A stretch of 64,000 nucleotides of DNA, from IMG/VR virus record IMGVR_UViG_3300044712_002679, positions 116,406 to 180,405 of that record. One strand, 5' to 3'. Shown in pieces: positions 1-7,810 of this stretch; positions within the stretch are counted from its first letter, which is position 1, and every line of letters begins with the position of its first letter. This DNA comes from a virus. A program made the translations under genes and the position numbers. The notes under the pieces were generated by a model. The model ran no database searches, was not told the origin of the DNA, and saw only the letters and a list, made by a program, of their open reading frames with translations.

Positions 1-89
1 CACTATAAATTTTTTCAATACACGACATTTTATTATTTTTTAAATATTAATGAATATTATAAGAAATAATTAAAAAAAAGTTTAAACAA

Positions 90-117
90 AAAAAAGAGGA
101 TAAAATCCTCTTTTTTA
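90..117. terminator. intrinsic terminator, hairpin AGAGGA-TAAAA-TCCTCT flanked by A-run and T-run (bidirectional)
   Basis: perfect 6-bp GC-containing stem in AT-rich context followed by TTTTTT. Confidence 0.6.
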
Positions 118-321
118 CTTTTTTGAAGTAGCTTCAACTGAAGCTTGGCGATAAGGTGCTACCAATTTTTTTATTTCACCTAACGCTTTTCTAGCATCAG
201 TTTCTGCTGATTTATTTCCTTTTTCAACAAATTTTTCATGACGTGTAGTGAATATTGTCCACTGTTCCTGAATTTGTGCATAAATTTCTTCCATATTATA
301 TTTATTTTTTTTTATTATCAA
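115..321 (-). CDS. hypothetical small lysine-rich protein
   Basis: 68-aa ORF whose 3' end abuts the terminator hairpin at 90-117; no recognisable motif. Confidence 0.4.
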   Translation of the reverse strand: MIIKKNKYNMEEIYAQIQEQWTIFTTRHEKFVEKGNKSAETDARKALGEIKKLVAPYRQASVEATSKK

Positions 322-401
322 TCCTATGATTGATTTGAGATATTTATATACTACTAAAAAAATAAAGTTTAAATTTTTAATATATAAAATAAAATTTTCT
401 A

Positions 402-1793
402 ATGAAATATATTAAGCAATTCGAAACTTTGACCGATATTATATATCATTTTACTTTTGCTAATAGTCTTTTTAATATATTAAAAACAAATCAAATAAAT
501 TTAACCCCAATATTTGGCACAAATGCTGATATGGAAATAAACGCCGGAAAAATGTATACTTTATCATTAACATCATCAAGAAGTAGTGATGTTGGATATG
601 CAGCATCATTACCTAAACGTGAATTAGTTAGAATTACATTCAATGGTCGAGAATTAAATTATAACTTTAAATCTAAACGTGTAGATTATTGGCAACACCC
701 AAAAGATCCAAAGAAATATAAACATATTGAATCAGATGATCCAAAAAATATCAAAAACTTTTATAAACATATAGCTCGTCAGAATGAATTAGAAGATAGA
801 ATAGTATCAGATAAAAATACTATAACACCAGCAAACAAATATATTCAAAAAATAGAAATTTTAAATATTGATATCGAAAAAGCGGAAATTATTAAATGGT
901 ATTGTGATAAATTAAATATACCATTATATATTTATGACCAAGATAAATATTTTGATGCATCATATATCAAAATGGCATTAGATATTCAACCAAAAGAAGG
1001 TGATTTAAATACTGATAGACATAGCCAATTTTGGAATATTGAAGGTATACTAGGATTATTAACATTTAAAGACCCAGAACTAGAAAAAACAATATTTGAT
1101 GAAATTTCAGAAAAATTTAATATTGATGTTGAATCAATTAAAAAGAAAAATGATGAAATTAAAGAAAAGAATGCATATTACTTAAATAGTGGTGATTTTT
1201 ATATTGAAGATAAAGCCCATGCAATTTCTGCTGATATTCATAATTTAAAAAGATCAACTAATGAATTATTTAGATTTATTATTCACAAATTTGCATTGGA
1301 TATGAAAAAGAATAATGCAAAAACCATCAAAGAATATATTAACTATAAAGTGTGGAAAGGTAAAAAAACGCAAAAAGATTTCAATAAAGAACTTAATAAT
1401 AAAATTCAAAAATTGATTGATAAAACATATTCAAATGAATTAAAAGAAAAAAATAATTATTCATATTATGATGAAAATGGGGATTATCACAATAATATAT
1501 TTGAATATAAACCAATTAAAATTATTCTTGATGATTACGTATCAAAAATTAAAAAATATTGTTCTGATTATATTTTAAACAATGGTGATATGTTTAAATA
1601 TAGTTATATGTTAAGTTCAAGTGAATTAAAAAATGTAACTATCGGTATAGTTAACAAATTGAAAGACACCATATCAAATTTAGAACATATTGAAGTCGAT
1701 GATATTTTACCTATAATTCAAAAAATAATTTGGGAAATTGATAATATATATTATAATGAAATTAAATCAATTCAAGAAGAATTTTATAATTAA
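402..1793 (+). CDS. hypothetical protein (463 aa)
   Basis: long uninterrupted ORF with non-repetitive composition; no motif recognised. Confidence 0.55.
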   Translation: MKYIKQFETLTDIIYHFTFANSLFNILKTNQINLTPIFGTNADMEINAGKMYTLSLTSSRSSDVGYAASLPKRELVRITFNGRELNYNFKSKRVDYWQHPKDPKKYKHIESDDPKNIKNFYKHIARQNELEDRIVSDKNTITPANKYIQKIEILNIDIEKAEIIKWYCDKLNIPLYIYDQDKYFDASYIKMALDIQPKEGDLNTDRHSQFWNIEGILGLLTFKDPELEKTIFDEISEKFNIDVESIKKKNDEIKEKNAYYLNSGDFYIEDKAHAISADIHNLKRSTNELFRFIIHKFALDMKKNNAKTIKEYINYKVWKGKKTQKDFNKELNNKIQKLIDKTYSNELKEKNNYSYYDENGDYHNNIFEYKPIKIILDDYVSKIKKYCSDYILNNGDMFKYSYMLSSSELKNVTIGIVNKLKDTISNLEHIEVDDILPIIQKIIWEIDNIYYNEIKSIQEEFYN

Positions 1794-1842
1794 AATAACT
1801 AAAAATTTTATAAAAATTGTTGTTTATTAAAAATCTTTTTGT

Positions 1843-1850
1843 ATCTTTGT
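1843..1850 (+). promoter_or_regulatory. TATCTTTG promoter-like element (Bacteroidota -7 consensus TAnnTTTG), 21 nt before ATG 1872, followed by AAAACAACAA leader
   Basis: motif recurs in identical form upstream of genes at 4626, 39681, 40489, 54497 (+) and 21616, 19564 (-). Confidence 0.55.
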
Positions 1851-1871
1851 ATCGACAATTAAAACAACAAT

Positions 1872-2258
1872 ATGACATACGACAGCGATATAAAAACATT
1901 AATTTATGCAATGAATGAAAAACAACGACAAGATTTTTCAACATTGATAAATAATATGAAAGATTCAGATTTAGATGTGAATCTAAAAAAACAACACTCT
2001 GAAATTACTTGCGATGAAATAATTGAATCCATCGAAAGTATCACAAGTTATGAAAAAAAATCAAAACAAAAAGAAATTGCATCTAATAATGGTGAAACAA
2101 CTATCCCTATAGTAGATTGGGGTGTGCATATTAACCATTGCTGCGAAAAACATGGATGTAAATATGGTGATATTGATTGTCCAGTCACACTAAATTTAGT
2201 AACACAAAAATATCCCTGTGAATTTTGTGGGGATGAAGATTGGGATTTGGAATGGTAG
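1872..2258 (+). CDS. small Cys/His-rich protein, probable zinc binding
   Basis: C-terminal cluster HCCEKHGCKYGDIDCP...CEFCGDEDWD; preceded by promoter-like motif. Confidence 0.55.
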   Translation: MTYDSDIKTLIYAMNEKQRQDFSTLINNMKDSDLDVNLKKQHSEITCDEIIESIESITSYEKKSKQKEIASNNGETTIPIVDWGVHINHCCEKHGCKYGDIDCPVTLNLVTQKYPCEFCGDEDWDLEW

Positions 2259-2287
2259 TTCTAATCAACGAAAAGTCTAAACCATAA

Positions 2288-2320
2288 TAAAAAAGCGTGA
2301 TTTTTCACGCTTTTTTATTT
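2288..2320. terminator. bidirectional intrinsic terminator (AAGCGTG...CACGCTT hairpin + T-run) between convergent genes
   Basis: 7-bp inverted repeat flanked by AAAAA and TTTTTT. Confidence 0.65.
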
Positions 2321-3121
2321 ATTCCATTTTAATTCGATAGCTTCAATCATTTTTGGCATATTTGCACTATAAAAACCTGCAGCATTAATGCATCCACATT
2401 CAATAATCTTATATTCAGGTTTATCATCTATTAGCACTTCACAAATATCCATAACAAATGCTTCAGCTAATTGATATATTTTAACCATCTGTTTACAAAA
2501 TTCTAATGCACCAACATCAACATCTTCGCTTCTTCTAATCCAACCACCCATTCTATAAAGACTTCCTGTGACCACTTCACCACCAATAATCCAAAATCTA
2601 AATTCTTTTGTAATATATTTAGGTGTACTAACTTGTATTTCAGTATTATCATTAAGGGATGTTTCTTCACCTTTTTTATAGAATTCTTCTTTCCAAGCAC
2701 ACCATTCATCTTTAGTATAAACTTTACCAGTAAAATATTTAGTATCTTCACATGGTCTAGCAAAAAACAATTCATCATTTATATCATCACCAAATCTTTG
2801 AATTTTTGAATCATAATTTAGAAGATTTTCCTTATAATACTTACTATAAACACGATAATCATGATTTTCATTCAATAAAGAACCAGGATGCCAACCATAC
2901 TTTTTTGCCAACCTTGCCATTTTTACTGAACCAAAACAAAATATATCCTTTCTTTTTGTTTTAAATTCAAAATCTTCAATAAAAGGTCTAACTTTAACTA
3001 CTTCATAATCAAAGTTAAATCTATCTAAAGTATTTATCAAAACATCAAAGTTTTCTTCTTTGAATGTGTTTTCTTGAATAACGTAATACATAAATAAATT
3101 TATTTTTTTAATATATAACAC
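2315..3121 (-). CDS. ATP-grasp-like protein (paralog of 58155-59207)
   Basis: shares block FRFWIIGGEVVTGSLY / YRFIVVDNIVVSGSLY and overall layout with 58155-59207; ATP-grasp assignment from motif memory only. Confidence 0.5.
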   Translation of the reverse strand: MLYIKKINLFMYYVIQENTFKEENFDVLINTLDRFNFDYEVVKVRPFIEDFEFKTKRKDIFCFGSVKMARLAKKYGWHPGSLLNENHDYRVYSKYYKENLLNYDSKIQRFGDDINDELFFARPCEDTKYFTGKVYTKDEWCAWKEEFYKKGEETSLNDNTEIQVSTPKYITKEFRFWIIGGEVVTGSLYRMGGWIRRSEDVDVGALEFCKQMVKIYQLAEAFVMDICEVLIDDKPEYKIIECGCINAAGFYSANMPKMIEAIELKWNK

Positions 3122-3186
3122 AAAATAATTAAAGTTTATATTTATTTTATTTCAGAAATTTTTGATGTTAGAAATATGATTATGAA

Positions 3187-4569
3187 TTATATCGAACTTA
3201 TTTGATTGAATTTTTCTAATGCTATTTCCAAATTACCGAAGAATAGTTTTAATTTTTGATCGTTTTCTCTTAACATAATATGAATAATATTTTTTAATCC
3301 ATTATGTTCAAATAGTGTTTTTTCTAATAAATCTAAATCAAATGTCACAATGGCTTTATCAATATTCTTTTGAATTCTAAATGTATTCATAAATTTAATT
3401 TTATCTAAAATCTTTCTATGTCCATTGAAAAAATTATTAGCTTTTTCTAAAATATATTTAGGTGATAATTTTTTATCTTCACCTAAGTGATATGCCTTAC
3501 ACATCAATGCTATTTGTTCCAAATAAAAAATTAAAGATTCTGCATCATCTGACAATTCACCTTTCTTTTCAATATATTCTTTGATATTACTTAAATCACC
3601 ATCCAATTTAACAAATAAATTAAAATCTATTTTAATATTTTTTCTCGATACTATTGTAAGTGGTAAATTTTTTCCACCATAACTTAAAAATTTTTTAACA
3701 ACATCTAAGTATTCTTTTACTTCTTTTTCATCTTTCTTAATATTATAACCATCACAATATAAATAATTATTTCCTAACGAAAAAATTGGAGTGTAACTAA
3801 CATTGTTTATCAATTTTTTTTGAAAAAAATGAAACAATAAATCATCACCCCTATGATGTTCATCCGATCTAGCTATTGGTATAATATCTGATGTATTATG
3901 ATTAATCATAATATACCCGACATTATCATAATCACCCACATTTAATCCTTTACCAGAATTATTATTTAATATAATTTGAGTTTTCCAATCAGATACATTG
4001 GATATATCACCACTAATGTCTTGATATTTTTGAAGTTTTTCAGGTATTGTAAATTTTATACCCTCATTTATACCCTCATTTATACCCTCATTTACTTTGA
4101 TAAAATTATAATACCAATCTTCTAATTGAAATTCATTACTAAAATATTTAATGTTTTCAGGTTTAAAATTAACCATTTCCCGTCCTTTTATAATAATACC
4201 ATCATATCCCATTTTTTGTAATTCATCTTCAATTGTCGTATTATTAGAAAAATATCTTTTACTTTGTGGTACATTATGTTCTTTACAAAAATTATTAATC
4301 ATTACATTATATTCCCATATTTCCCAATCATTTAAAGTATTAAAAATTTTTGGTTTTTTTGGAATTGCATTAACAATAAAATATACTTTACCATATTGTT
4401 TAGCTAAATCTTTATTGGATAATGCTGCCGTGTATAATCCTCTACCTAACATAGCACCCGCATCATTTTCTAATCCAGCTTCTTTTATCCCACGAATAGT
4501 AACATTCTTTCGCTTCCACGATAAATATTCTTTCCTAGATTCATTATATTTAATAAATTCTGTAAACAT
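3187..4569 (-). CDS. hypothetical protein (460 aa) with EGIN tandem repeat
   Basis: long ORF; contains NEGINEGINEGI encoded by 12-bp DNA repeat at 4057-4092. Confidence 0.55.
   Translation of the reverse strand: MFTEFIKYNESRKEYLSWKRKNVTIRGIKEAGLENDAGAMLGRGLYTAALSNKDLAKQYGKVYFIVNAIPKKPKIFNTLNDWEIWEYNVMINNFCKEHNVPQSKRYFSNNTTIEDELQKMGYDGIIIKGREMVNFKPENIKYFSNEFQLEDWYYNFIKVNEGINEGINEGIKFTIPEKLQKYQDISGDISNVSDWKTQIILNNNSGKGLNVGDYDNVGYIMINHNTSDIIPIARSDEHHRGDDLLFHFFQKKLINNVSYTPIFSLGNNYLYCDGYNIKKDEKEVKEYLDVVKKFLSYGGKNLPLTIVSRKNIKIDFNLFVKLDGDLSNIKEYIEKKGELSDDAESLIFYLEQIALMCKAYHLGEDKKLSPKYILEKANNFFNGHRKILDKIKFMNTFRIQKNIDKAIVTFDLDLLEKTLFEHNGLKNIIHIMLRENDQKLKLFFGNLEIALEKFNQISSI
4057..4092. repeat. 12-bp tandem repeat x3 (tataccctcatt) inside CDS 3187-4569
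   Basis: three perfect copies read directly. Confidence 0.8.
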
Positions 4570-4606
4570 AGTTTTATATATTAAAATTTAAATCAAAATT
4601 TTTTCG

Positions 4607-4614
4607 TATCTTTG
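4607..4614 (+). promoter_or_regulatory. TATCTTTG promoter-like element 11 nt upstream of ATG 4626
   Basis: identical octamer to other instances. Confidence 0.5.
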
Positions 4615-4625
4615 CTAAAAAACAA

Positions 4626-4889
4626 ATGGAATATAAATATTGGAAAATTTGGTACATTTCATGTGAAGGTAATGAAAGATGGGTAGTTGCAAGAACATCT
4701 ATTGATTGGGAAGAATATCAAGTTCATGATAGAATACCTATTGGTGGTTGTGGTGATGATGTTGCAGAAATAACATCAATCGAAGAAACAAATAATGATA
4801 ATTTTTCATGGGACTTTTTTGAATCTGAAGAATATGAAATGATTGGCATTGTATTAAGAAAATTAGATAATATCCCAATAGATGTATAA
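4626..4889 (+). CDS. hypothetical small acidic protein
   Basis: 87-aa ORF with promoter-like motif; overlapping antisense ORF 4724-4957 judged spurious. Confidence 0.5.
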   Translation: MEYKYWKIWYISCEGNERWVVARTSIDWEEYQVHDRIPIGGCGDDVAEITSIEETNNDNFSWDFFESEEYEMIGIVLRKLDNIPIDV

Positions 4890-5091
4890 TCTATGTAAAG
4901 ATTGAATCTGCTAATGATAAAGGATATGAAGTTGAAAAATTTGAATTGGATTCCCACGTTTTTTATTTAATTCAAATTGGTGAAAAAGTTGATGTAAAAA
5001 TTAATTATGATAGGTATAATAATAAAACATCTGTTATGGGTATTGATGAATATTATTATCATAATTATTTAAATGACTATTGAATATTTTG

Positions 5092-5178
5092 TGTGCTAGG
5101 TGGGACTCGAACCCACGGTGAAGCTTACGCTTATCTGATTAAGAGTCAGGACCGTTCGCCAACTACGGATACTAGCAC
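5092..5178 (-). tRNA. class-II (long variable arm) tRNA with anticodon CUU and discriminator A73
   Basis: 7-bp acceptor GTGCTAG/CTAGCAC, T-arm GTGGG-TTCGAGT-CCCAC, anticodon loop CTCTTAA (U33, CUU, A37), 17-nt variable arm with AAGC/GCTT stem; 87 nt. Confidence 0.55.
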
Positions 5179-5186
5179 ATTTTTTG

Positions 5187-5258
5187 CAGGCTGACAAGGA
5201 TTCGAACCCTGATCTAGAGATTTGGAGTCACTTATGCTAACCGTTGCACCATCAACCT
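5187..5258 (-). tRNA. tRNA-Trp (CCA)
   Basis: acceptor AGGTTGA/TCAGCCT (one G-U), T-arm CAGGG-TTCGAAT-CCTTG, anticodon loop CTCCAAA; one U-U mismatch in anticodon stem. Confidence 0.65.
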
Positions 5259-5271
5259 ATTACATAACTAT

Positions 5272-5304
5272 AAAATGGCAGCAAATTCAATTTGCTGCCA
5301 TTTT
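5272..5304. other. perfect 14-bp-arm palindrome (AAAATGGCAGCAAATT-ca-AATTTGCTGCCATTTT) between two tRNA genes
   Basis: read directly; followed by T-run in the direction of tRNA transcription. Confidence 0.7.
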
Positions 5305-5307
5305 ATT

Positions 5308-5443
5308 GTGGAGAAAGAAGGATTCGAACCCCCGACACACGGCTCCCATTGCTTAGATTTTTGGTTTGCTGTGCATAATTTTTACTTTCGACAAATTACG
5401 TTTTTCTCTTTTTACGTTGCTCTACCAACTGAGCTATTTCTCC
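5308..5443 (-). tRNA. interrupted tRNA: canonical 5' acceptor/D-arm and T-arm/3' acceptor separated by ~60-nt AT-rich insert
   Basis: 5' GGAGAAA-TA-GCTCAGTTGGTAGAGC... and ...GGGGG-TTCGAAT-CCTTC-TTTCTCC-A pair perfectly as one acceptor stem; anticodon arm not resolvable. Confidence 0.5.
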
Positions 5444-5450
5444 ATTTTTT

Positions 5451-5948
5451 TTATTCAGGTAAATCCCAAATATAATACTTATCTTCTTTTTCATATATTG
5501 TATCACGAGGTTCCAAATCAATATCTTCCAAATATCCAATACAATTATGAAAATTAGCCGAATCTGTATGATTCCATCTACTGTAATCATCATGTGTTCT
5601 TTGAAAATATGTAGTCAAAAATGATTCAATATATCCATGGTGTACCAATAGTGAATTGCTTGTATAAAAACATATCTTATGACCATTAATTATAGCAAAT
5701 GAAAAATTTATGTATACTGGTAATGTTTCAGATTTAATTTTACCATTTCCGTTAATATTCAATTCTATTATATAATAAGACCACCCCCTACTTACTTCTT
5801 CCCAATTATATTTAGGATCATTGTGATAATCTTGCCACAAATTAAATCTTTCTTCACTTGTTGCTTCAACTATCCATTCTACATCTTCTAAATAAGAATT
5901 TCCTAACTTTTTGTGTAAATAATTCCTGTTGTTTAATCCTACATCCAT
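5451..5948 (-). CDS. hypothetical protein (165 aa)
   Basis: clean ORF between tRNA genes; no motif recognised. Confidence 0.5.
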   Translation of the reverse strand: MDVGLNNRNYLHKKLGNSYLEDVEWIVEATSEERFNLWQDYHNDPKYNWEEVSRGWSYYIIELNINGNGKIKSETLPVYINFSFAIINGHKICFYTSNSLLVHHGYIESFLTTYFQRTHDDYSRWNHTDSANFHNCIGYLEDIDLEPRDTIYEKEDKYYIWDLPE

Positions 5949-6011
5949 AATATCAAATTTAATGTTTGATATTTTTAGATATAAATAAATGAAAAGTTTA
6001 ATAATTTTTTG

Positions 6012-6104
6012 CGGAGAATGTCAGGCTCGAACTGACACACCAGATTACTCATCCGATGACAAGTTTTCAAAACTAGGACGATACCAATTTCGTTTTAATT
6101 CTCC
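6012..6104 (-). tRNA. tRNA-Ser (UGA)
   Basis: 93 nt, acceptor GGAGAAT/ATTCTCC + G73, anticodon loop TTTGAAA, long variable arm, T-arm GTCAG-TTCGAGC-CTGAC. Confidence 0.65.
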
Positions 6105-6108
6105 AAAG

Positions 6109-6182
6109 GGGTAAATTACAGATTCGAACTGTAACTAAGTGAACCACAATCACCCATGCTAACCATTAACACCAATTTACCC
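6109..6182 (-). tRNA. tRNA-His (GUG) with genomically encoded G-1 pairing C73
   Basis: G-1 + GGTAAAT/ATTTACC + C73, anticodon loop TTGTGGT, T-arm TACAG-TTCGAAT-CTGTA. Confidence 0.75.
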
Positions 6183-6185
6183 ATA

Positions 6186-6995
6186 TTACCAATTCATTTT
6201 TCTTCCTTTTTTCCAACCATTTAATAAATAATCATTTAAATCTTTTTTATTTATCTTGATACATTTTTTTTCATTTTCACATATTATCCAACATTTTCCA
6301 AATTGTGAATTCTTTTCACCTTTTTGGGATATTGAATTTGCTTGACCAATTTTTATTTTAGTTTCATCTGAATGTTTTCTATTAACCCAAAATGATATTA
6401 ATTCACCATTAATATATCGTTCATCATCTTTACTAACTAGCATCACCTTATCTATATTATCTTTAACTAGTACTAGTCCTTTGTGTATTGATATTAATTC
6501 ACCATTAATATATCGTTCATCAGTATTAAAAACATTAAAAATATTACCATCTTTATCTTTACATATAATTCTATTTTTTTGTATAGATATCAATTCACCA
6601 TTAATATATCGTTCATCATCTTTACTAACTTTCAAAATATTACCATCTACATCATTAACCACAATTTTATTTTGAAATATTGGTCTATATTTATCTAAAT
6701 TATTATTTATATAATACCAACCACCACTTCCACCCAAAGTTAAATTGTAATATTCTTTAGAATTAACCACATCTTCATTTACTAATTCTTTTTCTTTTTT
6801 TAACATATCTTCTTTAGATTTACAAAAATGCAATATAACTTTTTCAAAATTATCAACACCATATTTATTTATAGCATTTTTTAAATATTTACCCGACCCC
6901 ATATAATCATCAAAAATATTTTCTGTTACATGACAGCCAATATATTTTTTATTATTAATTTTATTGGTTATTTCATAAATAATATAATTTTTCAT
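6186..6995 (-). CDS. GIY-YIG homing endonuclease with C-terminal tandem ~22-aa repeats
   Basis: N-terminus KNYIIYEITNK...KYIGCHV...MGSGKYLKNAINKYG (GIY...YIG + catalytic block); start moved to internal ATG 6995 to avoid overlapping tRNA 7056-7132; repeats (ERYINGELISI) encoded by DNA repeats 6390-6665. Confidence 0.7.
   Translation of the reverse strand: MKNYIIYEITNKINNKKYIGCHVTENIFDDYMGSGKYLKNAINKYGVDNFEKVILHFCKSKEDMLKKEKELVNEDVVNSKEYYNLTLGGSGGWYYINNNLDKYRPIFQNKIVVNDVDGNILKVSKDDERYINGELISIQKNRIICKDKDGNIFNVFNTDERYINGELISIHKGLVLVKDNIDKVMLVSKDDERYINGELISFWVNRKHSDETKIKIGQANSISQKGEKNSQFGKCWIICENEKKCIKINKKDLNDYLLNGWKKGRKMNW
6390..6665. repeat. imperfect tandem DNA repeats (unit containing caccattaatatatcgttcatca) inside GIY-YIG gene
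   Basis: at least three near-identical ~35-bp blocks at ~6397, 6496, 6596. Confidence 0.65.
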
Positions 6996-7055
6996 AACTT
7001 TTTTATTTGTATATATTAAATAAAAAAGTTCGATTTTAGTTCGAATTAAATTTTT

Positions 7056-7132
7056 GGGTGAAAGACGGGGTACGATCCCGCAAAGTTCCTGGTTCACAGC
7101 CAGGCAAGTCTACCAATTCCTCTACAATCACC
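7056..7132 (-). tRNA. tRNA-His-like (anticodon GUG, G-1:C73) with A54/U58-swapped T-loop and two U-U acceptor mismatches; possibly degenerate
   Basis: anticodon arm CCTGG-CTGTGAA-CCAGG, T-arm GCGGG-ATCGTAC-CCCGT. Confidence 0.4.
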
Positions 7133-7142
7133 ATAATTATTG

Positions 7143-7214
7143 TCAACCAGATGGGATTCGAACCCACGTAAACCGTGATTCACAATCACGTCCCGAACAC
7201 CAAACACGGGTTGC
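7143..7214 (-). tRNA. tRNA-His-like (GUG) with E. coli-like T-arm GTGGG-TTCGAAT-CCCAT, G-1:A73, weak D-arm; possibly degenerate
   Basis: anticodon arm CGTGA-TTGTGAA-TCACG perfect; acceptor CAACCCG/CTGGTTG with one mismatch. Confidence 0.4.
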
Positions 7215-7222
7215 TGGAGGGG

Positions 7223-7308
7223 CGGAGAAAACAGGAATCGAACCTGCACCCCAGTTACCCGAGGAACGGTTTTCCAAACCGTTGCAGTACCATTATGCTT
7301 ACTTCTCC
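7223..7308 (-). tRNA. tRNA-Ser (GGA)
   Basis: 86 nt, acceptor GGAGAAG/TTTCTCC + G73, anticodon arm ACGGT-TTGGAAA-ACCGT, variable-arm hairpin CCTCGG/CTGGGG. Confidence 0.65.
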
Positions 7309-7535
7309 AATTTTTTAAATTTTTCTTTTAATTTTTCTTTTACTTCATCAGAAGTATAATACCATTTCATATTAATTTGCATTTCAGAAATGATAATTCC
7401 CCATTCTGCTTTTGCTGAAAATTGTGGTTTGTATTTAATTCTTTGATAAATAAATATAAATGGCACACATAAATACCAACGATATCTAATTATTCTTTCA
7501 ATTAAATTGCATTCTTGAAATCTTTTATTTTTCAT
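7299..7535 (-). CDS. hypothetical small protein (78 aa) within tRNA array
   Basis: ORF in tRNA-free gap; start assignment uncertain. Confidence 0.3.
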   Translation of the reverse strand: MKNKRFQECNLIERIIRYRWYLCVPFIFIYQRIKYKPQFSAKAEWGIIISEMQINMKWYYTSDEVKEKLKEKFKKLEK

Positions 7536-7554
7536 AATTTATACATTTTTTAGC

Positions 7555-7638
7555 GGAGAGAAAGGGGGTCGAACCCTCAAGCCGAATAAACGACCGACAG
7601 ATTAGCAATCTGCTCCAATACCATTATGGGACCTCTCC
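7555..7638 (-). tRNA. tRNA-Ser (GCU)
   Basis: acceptor GGAGAGG/TCTCTCC + G73, anticodon arm GCAGA-TTGCTAA-TCTGT, long variable arm. Confidence 0.65.
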
Positions 7639-7728
7639 AAAATCAGAATACATTTTGTGGGTTTGAACCACGTTAACAAAGTTTCAGTTTGTATTTTAAC
7701 CTTTTGTTTTTGCTGTGCGTATTCTTTG

Positions 7729-7801
7729 TGGGGTAGACTGGTTACGATCCAGTTCCTATGGATTTTCAGTCCACCGCAATGACCACATCTGCCACTACCC
7801 C
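7729..7801 (-). tRNA. tRNA-Phe (GAA) with A54/U58-swapped T-loop (ATCGTAA)
   Basis: acceptor GGGGTAG/CTACCCC + A73, anticodon arm GTGGA-CTGAAAA-TCCAT, T-arm ACTGG-ATCGTAA-CCAGT. Confidence 0.65.
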
Positions 7802-7810
7802 AATTATTTG

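Noticed and set aside
2503-2778. Nested or antisense small ORFs (2503-2778, 4151-4591, 6481-6675, 10064-10267, 10958-11179, 13339-13560, 18023-18256, 18350-18610, 22113-23030 group, 25850-26131, 27685-28074, 33165-33523, 38462-39211, 58852-59079, 60168-60410, 61154-61447, 62028-62213)
   Set aside because: Each lies wholly inside a longer ORF on the same or opposite strand that has recognisable motifs or operon context. All are low-complexity.
5308-5443. Mini-tmRNA partner for the phage SmpB
   Set aside because: The 5' part has a full canonical D-arm and the acceptor stem lacks the G3:U70 alanine identity pair. There is no GGTTCGA..CC...CCACCA tmRNA 3' domain or resume-codon/tag reading frame. 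It is better described as an interrupted tRNA.
7054-7359. ORF-track entries overlapping the tRNA cluster (7054-7359, 7602-7856, 7715-7915, 7804-7998, 8827-9018, 8855-9187, 8907-9101, 5275-5475, 5366-5557, 5396-5593)
   Set aside because: Their sequences are translations through tRNA genes (for example ...GIRTHV..., ...RESNPQ..., from GGATTCGAACC T-arms). The region is fully accounted for by tRNA structures.
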